Positions 42,358-54,300 of a DNA stretch of 64,000 nucleotides are shown here, piece after piece. The DNA is taken from IMG/VR virus record IMGVR_UViG_3300045988_160093, one strand, 5' to 3'. Numbering within the stretch: the stretch's first letter is position 1; each line of letters begins with the position of its first letter. A program made the translations under genes and the position numbers. This DNA comes from a virus. Under the pieces are notes generated by a model that had not been told where the DNA came from, searched no databases, and saw only the letters and a program-made list of their open reading frames with translations.

Positions 42358-45300
42358 ATGGCAGACAAGATAACGCAGGTATATAATGCCTATAAGGCAG
42401 ACGGAGCAACGCGAGCTCAGAGCGAGCAGCAGTTCCGTAATTGGATGTACGGCGACAATTATCGCCGTGGAGTATGGAATGATTTGAGAAAGCAGGGTGC
42501 TCAAGTAGGTACGTTTGAGCATTTCACCGAAGCTTTGGGCTATAAAATGAATCCCAAAGTGAAGAGCAAGGTTGCCAAGCAAGCCATTCAGTATGGTGCA
42601 CCGAAAGTCCCTGACAACTGGGGGCAGATGGATATGGGCAGGACATTCGCCAATGACGAGATGGAGCAGCAGCTTGAAACACAAAGGAACAATCAGGCTT
42701 CGTCCAATGCAAAGAAGACCGGAAGTAACGAGCCTATAGCTCAAAGAGTGAAAGAAAAGTTGAATAGGACACATCTGAAGGAGGCGAGCAAGTCTGGGAC
42801 TATTATGAATCCGTTGACAGGTGAGCCTATAAACAATGTTCCTACTTACAGGGAAAAGAAAGAAGGCAAGTACTGGAATCCTATTACGGAAACAGATATG
42901 GGTGATGCTGTACTTGACTGGAGTACTACTGATGCCAATGGCGATAAGGTGGCGCAGACTCAAACCAAGCAGAACTTTGAGGCTGATGCAGCGGCAAAGG
43001 CAATAGCAAATGAGCTGACTAAAACTGCTGACTATAAGGGGAAATGGGCTAAATTTGATAGCGAATTTGAAAAACATCACGGACTTGTGTATCATCCTGC
43101 CGAATACGAAGAGAATAAGAAGTATAGAGAGGAAGGATTTGACGATAATTCCAAAATGCTGTATGAGAAGTATGCTCCAAAGCTTGAAGATGTAAGCGCA
43201 CTCCTCGGCAGTAAGAACGCAAAGGAAGCCATTGTAGCGGCGGCTTCAAAATTAGGTATAACACCTGATGATTTTCTGAATCGCTATGTCGTCCCGGCAA
43301 CTGAAAAAGCCAATGAAGAAGAATACCATAAGCGAGGCATAGAACATTTTATGCCAAAGAACGCTTGGGAAAATATGAAAGCCAATTTCGCTGTGTCGTC
43401 TTTGGGTAACGCAGCAAATAAAAGCTTGGTTCCAGAGGAATATCAGAACATGCGCAATGAAGCAGTAGAAACGTATTCTGATGCGAACAGCAAGACGCTT
43501 GACGAGAAAGGTGTGTTCAGTAAGGAAGGAATACAGGCACTTGGACGAAATATTTCCGGAGGTACGGCAAGGGTTATGCCGGATGCCGTAGGTTTTGTTA
43601 TTGCCGGCGCTGAAGCGAAAGGTGTTGTCAAAGGTCTTGAAATAGGATGGAAAGCTCTGCGAGGAACAGGTTTGGTAACAAAAGTACTTGGCAAGGCAGT
43701 TCCAAAGACATTGACTTCTCTGACGAAGAAATATGGCGCACAGACAGCAGGAAGAATCCTCAATGCGGTGAACAATGAAAGCATAGGAAGCTTCATACAG
43801 GCTAATGCAAGGCAGTTTGCGCAAGGTTCCTTGACAATGGGTATTTTTGAAGCAAACAATTACCTTGCTACAGAAGGTCGGGAGAAAATAAAAGAAGGCA
43901 AATGGGGGGAGTTTGCCGAAGGACTCTACACTTCCGGAATGTCAGGCTTGGGTACAGGTATGCTATTTTCAGGAATAGGTACGGTAACTGGCGCTCTTGG
44001 TCGTAACCTTGGTGTAACAGGCAGAGAGACAACAAGACTTGAAAAACTAAAGCATGGAACTGAGAAAGCCTTGTTCTCTGCCTCGGCATTATTTGTAGAA
44101 GGACTTGGTTTCAGGGCAGAGGATCTATATGACGAAGCAAAGAAAGGCGAGCTTACTTTTGGTAGCGTTCTTGAAAACGGAGGAAAGGGAGTTATCGACA
44201 AGATAACAATGGATTTAGGAATGGCGGCAGGTAAAGGAAAACGCCCCAGTCTAAAACAAATGGTAGTCGGTGCGGTTGCCAACACTAATCCACACGTTAA
44301 ATTCTCTGCCGTAGAGAAGAACGAGCTGATGAAAAGTACAGGAGGCAAGAGCTTGTTTGAAGCGTTGGATGGTATAGCGGAAGGCAAGAATGTTTCTCCT
44401 GTGTACAGAACGAAGATGAGCGAGTTTTTCAATGATCCGAACATCTCAAGACGTACAAAGCAAAAGGTGGCTTATGTTGTAGGTAAAACTATAGACACCA
44501 ATATGCCGAGGACGGAAAGGGTTTCTATTTCACAAGGAACATCAGGGACACAGGAGGTCCGCACGTATTCCAAAGACGGAGAACTACTGACTGTCGATGT
44601 ATATAAAAATGCAGAAGCCGCAGAAGTGGCAAAACAGGAAATCTACGCAAAGAGAGACAAGAATGATTTTATCGCATTGTGGGTAGACAGCCTGAAACCG
44701 ACACAATCTGAGAATAATACAGCCTTGGAAAACACAGCAAAAGAGCTGGGCTATGATGACGTAGGCGTTTTCCTGGCAGACTGGGATGAAGCTCAGAAAA
44801 GCAGCGATGCGGATTTTCTTTCAAAAGTCTCAAAGACGATAAACGAAAACATCGGAAAGATTGTTGCAGACAGACACAAGCAGATGCTTGATGCAAAAAG
44901 AGCAATCAATGAGGAATACGATGTAGATATAGACAAGGTCTTGGATAAAAACCCCGTTATGTGGAAAGACAAAGAACGGGAAGCAGTAAAAGAGTTGGGC
45001 AGTCGTTTGAAGAAAGGTTTTTCAGACAAGAACGATGAGGCTCATAATAATGCTATAGCCCGTCAGGACGGTGCTGATTTGTCAGAGCAGACTGAACTTG
45101 AGGATTCAGAAAAAGTCATTGAGTCATCGCAAGCAGTCAACGAGAGACTTGATTCGGCAGTCGAGGCATGGCGAAAGATGCAGGAAGAGAACCCTGACCT
45201 TGCAGAGTGGATGAAGAACAATCCTGATTCGACGGTGGAAGAGCTAAGAGAAAACTTCGGTGATTATGTAGCCGATGCGTATATGGAGTTAAGCAATGCC

Positions 45301-48300
45301 AAGGCTATGCGAGACGGTTTTATTCAGAATACCGGCGAAAAGATTGAGGATGCCGTAAAGAACCAAGTGGAGCAGGCGAAGTTTACCGGCACCATGCAGA
45401 ATAAGGAAGGCTCAAAAGTTGTAACAGATAACAGTGTTACTGTTTTTGCAGACAAAGACGGAAACGAATACACACTTGTTGGCGGAGACGTCATTGTTGA
45501 TTCGGCAGGAGACGGTTCGTATAGTGCAGGAAAATCGGGACTTGTAATATTCCGTGACAAGGATGGTAATCTTATTCAGCGTACAAACTTCGATGGGCTG
45601 AATGAAGTAGGGACTTTCTCATTGGAAGACTATGCCAACCGCATCCGCACAACCCTGCAGGAACAGAAGACAGCCGAGATTCAGAGTACCGAAACACCGT
45701 TGCCGGAGAGTCAAAATAAAGAAACGCCGAAAGAAGAATTACCATCCGAGGCGCCAAAGAGTGAAGAACCGAAAGAAGAAGATTTTATCCGAAACTCCAA
45801 TTCGGAAGAAAAGTTATCGTCAGAAAAAGACGAATGGGGGAATCCTCTGATAAAGGCAAGTGACGGTAGTGTAGACTTCGGTGAAATAAGTGAAGGTTAC
45901 GGGCTACAGGCAGCTCCTATCAGACTTAGCCTTGGTGAGAATAAGAAGAACCCCGAAACAGGCAAGGATGAAGGTTATGGCTTGTTGCATATTGAAGCAA
46001 GGCATGGTGATCAGATAAGGAAAGCCGGTTTTAATTCTATTGAAGAGTTTGTAGAATCAATAGCCAGAGACTATACGGAGATACGTGAGGGGGTCCAAAT
46101 AGGAACTACACAGACTTATCTCATTGTCAAAAAAGACGGTCATGCAAATACTCTTTATATCGAGCTTTCGCGTGACGGTAAATATTGGAACGTGAACAGC
46201 GCAGGAATATTCAAGGAGAAATATGTAAACAGAAAAAACGAAATCAAGCCTGAACCCACGGTGGGGAGTAGTACAAGCACCGATACTACTGGAGTTAATC
46301 ACGGCCTTAACGAGGGTGCAACCGTCACCAGCGGGAATTCTCCCATGATTTCTGATAGCAAAGATACGACAAAATCCTCAGACTTGCAAGAGGGTAATGA
46401 AACTTTAACATTCAAGAATACAGAAGCAGCCAAGGAAGAGTCGAATTACGAGAAGAACGACATTCCTATGGACAATGAGGGTGAGCCGGTATACGAGCAG
46501 GTGCCCAAGGAGAGGACTGCACAGGATTTGTTTGACAAGTTGGGCGATGGCAATGTAGCTCACAATTACGCTCAGATAAGAATAGAAGGAGCAGAGAAAG
46601 AGCTGAAAGAAGCCAAGAAGAAAGAGCCGAAGATAGGTACGAAGATAAACGAGTATCTAAAGAAGAAGCAGGAATATGAAGACAGAGTGAAAGCCGCAGA
46701 GGACAAGGTGGCTTATTGGGAAAGCGTGAAGGAGGAAATAGAGAAGCTTACCCATACCACACCCGAAGAGCTGAAAGAAGCACAGGAAGAACTTGACGGA
46801 ACGGCAGCACGGGAAGAGTACAAGAAAACGGTAGGCGAGACACAGCCTGCAGACGGCGTGTCTTTGGCAGCTGAGTTTGTAGTAGACGCAAGGATTACAC
46901 CTGAGAGTTTCAGAAAAGAGACAGGTCTGAGCGCTGCTGATCAGCGGACGTTTGTCGGTATGATTGCAGGTGCCGAGAAAGGCGGCAAGTCTATAGAGAG
47001 ACTTGGTGAAGAACTGGTAGAGTATGACAACGCGTATTATGGCGGAGCGTATTTCCATGGAGATTCCAACGATGCAAGGAGTGCCATCATTTCCGCTTTG
47101 ATGAGTGCCAAGTCGAGAAAAGGTCTGAGAGAGATGGCTCAGCCCGATATGGAGAGAGAAGTCCGTGAACGTGCACGGATGAGAGATGAGGCTTATCACG
47201 AGAGATACGGCATGGATTATGAGGAATATTTGTCATATTCTGAGCAGGAGATGCCACATATATTGGGAAAATTGAATAACTTTGACGAGCAAAAGTATTT
47301 GCAGGACAAAGCAGAAGAAATTACTAATCAAATAAATAAAGAACATGGAAAAACCGATAGAGAAAATGACTCCTCAAGAGAAGAGTCAGTACATGGTGCA
47401 GGCGATAAAGTATTGCCTGAAGAAAGGATTGATGACCGAGGAAGAGGTGAAAGCCCCAAGGAACATGGAGGAAGAGAAAAGGCTGAGCGCCGAGGCAATA
47501 CTGAGGATGCGCCTCTACATGAAACGCCATCCGGAGGAGAAGTAGAGAAGGGGGAACGTAAAGAAGAAAAACCGTCAGACCCATCCGACGCAGCCGAAGG
47601 AATGCGAGGAGCTGCCGAGCAATTCCATGAAGAAAGAGTGGAGAAGGCACGCAAGGCGTATGAGGAAGCCAAGGCGAGCGGTGATGTGTCAGAGACGAAA
47701 CGCACGAAAGACGAATACAGGAAAGCCCTTGACGACAAGTTGAAGGCGCAGGGTATTGGTCTTATTGAGAGGAGGAAGACTATAGCCAAGGAGATGGGTG
47801 AAGAACCGAAGGTTGAAAAGCCTAAAGGTGAAGGTCCGAAAGTCGGTGAGAAGCAGTGGGAGGATATGACACCTACGGAGAGAGCCGAGAAAGCCGATGC
47901 CGATCCATTGACCGAAGACGAGATACGCAGCGATGAAGACAACAAGGAGCTTGCAGCAGCGGCAATAGCCTATCTCAATGGTGATAAGAGTTTGTTAAAC
48001 CAAATAGCTTATTTAAAAATTTACGGAAATGTTAGGAGTAGACATGAGGATGTTCCCGGCAATAGCGGAACAGAAGACACATCACAGCTGGCTGCAACCG
48101 ATAATGGAGGCGGCGAAGGAATGGAGCTGGAGTCAGGACGAGGCAGCGGAGGAACTGCTGAGCCGATGGATAGAGGAGCAGGCGGAGAGACTGCACCCGG
48201 AAAGCAAGAGAGCGGAGAGACTGGTAAGGGAAACGCTGATACTCCTGCTGGAGAAGGAAGCCATATCGAAGGTGAAGGAGGAGCACCCGGACTGGGCGGA

Positions 48301-51300
48301 CTACCTGCCGGAAGTGGTGGACGCACAGGAAGCGGCAATGCTGGGAGCACGGGAAGTGTGGGCAGAGGACGAGGACGAGGAAGCGGCAGCAGACCTTCTA
48401 AGTCAAATGGAAAGCGGAAGCCTGCAGCCAAGCAAGGAACTACTTTCCCGAATAGCAAAGGGCGAGATGTAAAGCAGGAGACAAAAGATGCGAAAGCGGC
48501 GATGTTGGCGGCTTTTGCAGAGTTCAACAAGAGGAACAAGAAGGACAAGAATATCCTTTCTTCATCCTTCCTGCTCGGTTTAGAAAAACATCTTCCAACA
48601 GCCGAAGCTCTCGAATATCTGCCAGACGTGATGAAAGCGACAGGCAGATACGGTGTTGCCCTTATCGGTGAAGGAATCTACAAGACAAAGGAATGGATAA
48701 AGAATGTACGTGAAGCAATCTTCGATGTAATGAAAGAAGGTGGTTTCTCAGATGCAGACATCGACGAGTATATCAGAGAGATGTGGCACATGCCTTGGGA
48801 GATGGATGGGGAAACCCACAAGATAGGCGAATGGGCAAGCATCAAGGGGTATGCTGGTCTTAGAGAGAGCCTGAAAGAACCTTTGCGTAAGAAGTTTGAC
48901 AAGCAGGTACTTGCGGAGCCGACGGAAGTAAAGGTGGGTGACAGAAAGAATATTGAAGAGACTTTGCCTTTCCTTCTACCTCAGCAGCAGGACGATGTGC
49001 TGAAAGCCGAAACACAGTTCTTTGATGAGAGCCATAAGGACAAAGCCCACGCCAACGGCAAAGGATATATGTTTACCAACGGTACTGGAACGGGTAAGAC
49101 GTACACAGGACTTGGCATCATCAAGAGAATGGTGAAGCAGGGCAAAGGAAGAATCCTTATCATTACTCCAAGCCAGCAGAAAGTAAAAGACTGGATAAAT
49201 GACGGAAAGAACCTTTGCCTTGACATCAGAGACCTTGATGATTGGGCAAACGAGCGAGGCAGCACTGCCACGAACGAGAAAGGCGATGGTGTTGTGATTA
49301 CAACCTTTGCTAATTTCGGCACGAACAAGAGGCTGCTTGAAGACCAATTCGATGCGATTGTCTATGACGAGAGCCATAGAATCATGGAGAATAAGAATGC
49401 CACCGAGACAGCACGAAGCAGACAACACTACATGCTCAGCAACAGGAACGAGAGTTACGCCTTGATGAGATTGGAGGAAATCAATCCTGACTGCATGAAG
49501 ATGCGTGGTCTTGCAGAAGACTTTGAGGATGCGCGAAAGAAAGAGGTAGAGCGAATACAAGCCGAATACCGAAAGGAGCATCCGTCAGAGAATGAGAAGG
49601 AGATGAGATTCCATACATCCAAGTCGCTGCCAAAGGACATCCATTCTTTTAGTATTTCAGACAAGGCGAAATTCCCCGAGCTTGGCAAGATATACGAAGA
49701 CTATATCAAGGCGAGAGACTATTATATTAATAATGTGAAGCCAAAACTGGAGAAGCAGGCAAAGGAATCCGTAGACAAAACAAAGGTGGTGTTCCTTTCC
49801 GCTACTCCGTTCAATACAAGAGAGAACATAGAGTATGCCGAAGGTTATCTCTTCTCATACCCAGAGAGAAATGAAATGGGGCAGAGCGGCAAGACGCAGT
49901 TCTTCCTTGAACATTTCGGTGCAGGATACAAATACCGCTATCACAGACTGGAGAGCAGTACATCAAATGCCGAAGCACTCGCCAAGCAGGAGATAGCTTT
50001 CAGTGACTGGTTGCAGAATGACTTGGGTACGATGAGCGGTAGGGTGATCGACAGTCCGTTTGACTATTCAAGAGATTTCCCTACGGTATCAGTAGAACAC
50101 GCTGACGAGTTCAATACAGCCTGCGAGGAGATTTCACGAGACAAGATATTCGGTGACGCATACAGGAAGGTGCTTGGTGACTACAATTATGGTAGCGCCC
50201 TGTTTGAGACAATGAAGGTGTCAGCCCTCCTACCGAGATTGAGAGAACACCTTGCAGCAGGTCGAAAGATAGTAATCTTCCATAGGCGAGTGACGAGCAA
50301 GGAACCATTGAAAGCCCCGTTCGGAATGATACTTGGCGAGCAGGCAGAGCAGACCATCAAAGCACTGCCGAAGGAAAAGCAGCCGGAAGCAAGAACCCGT
50401 CTGAACGAATTGAGGGACAGGTATTCGGGATTGCTTGAGTGGGAGAAGACCTTGGATTTCAGTATGCCGAGAGAACAGCTTGCAAAAGCTTTCGGAGAAG
50501 ACAACGTGTTGTATTTCAGCGGCAGCGAGAACAAGAAAGTGAAGAGTGAAGCCGTAAAGCAGTTCAACGACGACAACAGCGGCAAGAACATCATTGTGAT
50601 ACAGGAAGCGAGCGGTAAGGAAGGTATCTCCCTCCATGACACCACAGGCAAGCATCAGAGAGTATGTATCACTTTGGCTTTGCCTCAGAGTCCTATCACA
50701 GCCCTGCAGATAGAAGGAAGAACATACCGAATAGGCAACGAGAGCAATGCCATCTTTGAATATCCTGTACTTGGACTTACAAGCGAATACAACCTTTTTG
50801 CAAGCAAGTTCAACAGACAGGTGTCGACGACTGAGAACCTTGCCCTTGGTAGCCAGGCGAGAAACCTAAGAGACAGTTTCGCAAGAGGCATCGAGGAACA
50901 TAGCGGTGTTGTCCCCATTGACCAGCAGGGCGTGGGTGGCAAGGAGTTCGATAAAGGTGATGCCAACGAGAACGACCCGTTTGACAATGCAGTCCTTGAC
51001 TACTATACCAACCAAAGGTTGAACAAGAACAACCGAGAGGGAGTAGACTACTTCCCGACCCCCGAACCCCTTGGCTACAAGATGGTGGAATGGGCAAATA
51101 TTGGAGAGGGAGATTCGGTATTGGAGCCGAGTGCCGGTCATGGTGCGATAGCGAGATATGTTCCACAATCAAACGAGCTTGTGGCTATAGAGCCAAGCAT
51201 GAGCCTGTTTGCAAAGCTACAGATGAAAGCAGGAGGCTTGGGCAGGAAATTCCAGAACGAGACCTTTGAGGCATATCATATAAGCAACAAGCATGATACA

Positions 51301-54300
51301 ATCGTGATGAATCCACCATTCGGACACGCAGGAGCCACAGCGATAGCGCATATAGAAAAGGCGTTCGGACATTTGGAGGAAGGCGGACGTATGGTAGCCA
51401 TCATCCCGAGGGGTGCGATGGACAAGAAGTTCGACAAATGGTATGACAATGAGAAGACCGCGGCAATGCGAGCCGAGGTGGACCTTCCTGATATAGTATT
51501 CCAGCAGGCAGGAACATCGGTAAGATGCAGAGTGGTAGTCGTTGACAAGATAACCGACTCTAAACTCCGTGAGCAGGCGCATATGGAGAAGGCGGATTTG
51601 AGTGGTCATTACGACAAGATAGAAGATTTCTTCAACGACCTGCGAAATATAGAAGTCCCCGACAGGATCATCGATACCAACTTCAAGATGCAGAAGATGA
51701 GCAAGAGTGCAGTCAAGAGCTTGAAGGAAATCAGGGATGTATGGTCAGCAGATGTTGACAAGGACGGTGTGCACGTCAGGACAAGCAGCTGGATGGGTTA
51801 CGACATCAGCTTTACGGGTAGCGAAGACCCGAAGCGATGGAAGGACAAGATGGCGGCGACTTATGACAAGTACGCCCAGATGGAGAAGTCGGAATTGAGA
51901 GAAGGCAACAAAGCCGTGTTCGGTGAGTTGAAAGAGCTTGCATGCAAACTTGCAGGAATGACCGAAGACGAGATGAGAAGGTATCTCGTAAGCAAGGGGG
52001 CAGGTAGTGTAAAGTTCCGCAAGAACGACAATCTAACCCCCGAAGAGCGCCGGTCAGAGGAGCGCATGGAGGAACATCATGTCGAAGTTGCCAAGGCGGC
52101 GGAGAATCTGAATACGAAAGTTAACGTGTGTGTGGACATCAATGATGTGACGAATGCGGAGGCGAGATCAGCTATAGAAAGAGGTGAGAAAGTGAAAGCT
52201 TGGTACGATACCCGAACGGGAGAGGTGCACGTTTATCTTCCAAATGTCACAGACAAGTATGACGCACAGATGAGCGTAGCCCACGAGGTGGTAGCCCACA
52301 AGGGAATGAGAGGACTCCTTGGTGAGGAAGGCTATCGGAGTATGATGCGCAGAATGTACACACACCTTTCCAATGAGGAAGCGAAGGAGGTGAACGAGCG
52401 CATGATGAAGAACGGATGGGACTTCTATACAGCAATGGACGAGTGGGTGGCAGACAAGGCAGAGGAAAGCGTGTTCACACCAAAGTATGTAGTGATGAAA
52501 GACGGTCTGCACCGATACCCATTGGATAAGGTATTCCATATCGTGACGGAGGCTATGCACGATGTAGGGTATAGGATTAATCCGAACGTGGACGATGTGA
52601 AGTACTGGTTGTGGGCGAGCAAGAAGGGATTGAAGAACGGCGATGCCTACACGGAAATGAAGCGCAACTCGTTCTTGTGGCGACTGAACCACAATACATC
52701 GAATGACGGAATTGAGAACGGAGAGTTCGTGGAAACAGGCGGAGTCAGATTCAGTAATGGAAATAGTAAGTTGAATGGCGAAGATTCAGAAAAATTATTC
52801 GCATCTTTGCAAAACAAAAAAGGAAAGGAATATTATGACACAGTTACAGAAATCGCAAGAAGAGTTGTCGAACGAAGAAACGGCAAGGCAACAGTTCTTG
52901 AAGAATCCAATGGAAAATCGGAGAGTGATACTAATGAGAGCTTCTACGGAGGATTTAAAAGTGTTGCTCACTGCGCTGCTTCAATCATCACACATGACGT
53001 TGAAAGAAGCGTTTATGCAGATGTCGCGAACAGGGAAAATAAAAGCCGCGGGTCTGAATCCGCTGGAGAAGGCTTATATGCAAACATTGACAAGAATGTA
53101 CGGTCACAAGGACTTGGAGCAGAGAACAAGGAGGGGTTGGCTAACCGAGTCAACAGAGAAATTTTCAGCAGACTTAAAGACTGGGCTGAGCAAAACCACG
53201 CTTGGCTTGATAGACGAAATTTTGGAAAAAAATATCCAACTTCCAATAAAATAGGCGAAGGCGAGGAAGCAGAAGTATATTTATCAAAAGACGGTAAGAG
53301 CGTACTTAAAATCATTCATAATGATACTTATCTAAATCCTGTAGGAAGCAAACTTGATGAACTTGCATATGAGAATATAGCATTGGGTGATAACGAGCGT
53401 AAGGTTATCGGTTTCATGAAAGACCCGTATGCTTTCAATGATAATATGCTTATTCTTGTTGAACAGCCTTATGTTGAAGGCAAAACCGTTGATGAAATTT
53501 ACGGAGGAGACACTCCCGAAGCCTTGGCTTTTATAGACAAGGTTATGAAAGATAAAGGTTTTGAAGTCAAGGAAACCCCATTTAGCGAAGACTTGGATGA
53601 TTGGCTTGTGAAGACCTACTACAATAGAGATTTTACAATACGTGACGTAAACACGGGAAATGTAATTGTAGATAAAGACGGGAAACCACATGTCATTGAT
53701 GTTTATGCTTTTATTAATCACGGTGAATTTGAGAAGTATGGTGATAATAGTATTCCTGCTAATACTGCTAATTTTGAAATCGATTTCACCAAACCGACAA
53801 ATAAAAGTGCTGAAAGAAAAGTTAACTCACAAGCAAAGGGTAGTGGCAACATCCGTTTCCGTAAAGACGACAAGGCGAAGCATGAGTCAACCTTGTTCCG
53901 CAAACCCAGTCTTGACAGGAGCAAGAACGATACACCTCTGATGTCAGCGACAAAGGACTCCATCGACAAGGCACTCAACAATTGGAACGCACGAAGAATA
54001 GAATGTTGGACCGACGACAAGCACGGACTGAGAGTATTCCAACAGAAGCTTGCCGAAGGATTGACGAAAGGCATGAACGACAGTATGGACTCCTATCATG
54101 GAGCCATTAACCAAAGTTCCATTGTCAGAGAGAAACAATACCAGTTTGAGACGAGAGAGCTGAAAACGATGAACGATGCCGTGAAGGAATGTACCCGAAA
54201 GCTTGGCGGCGGTATGGAAGGATATGAAGAGCTGAATAAGTATGCCTACGTGAAGAGCGGTCTTGAAAGAAACAGAGTGTTGTTCGTGAGAGACGCAGCA

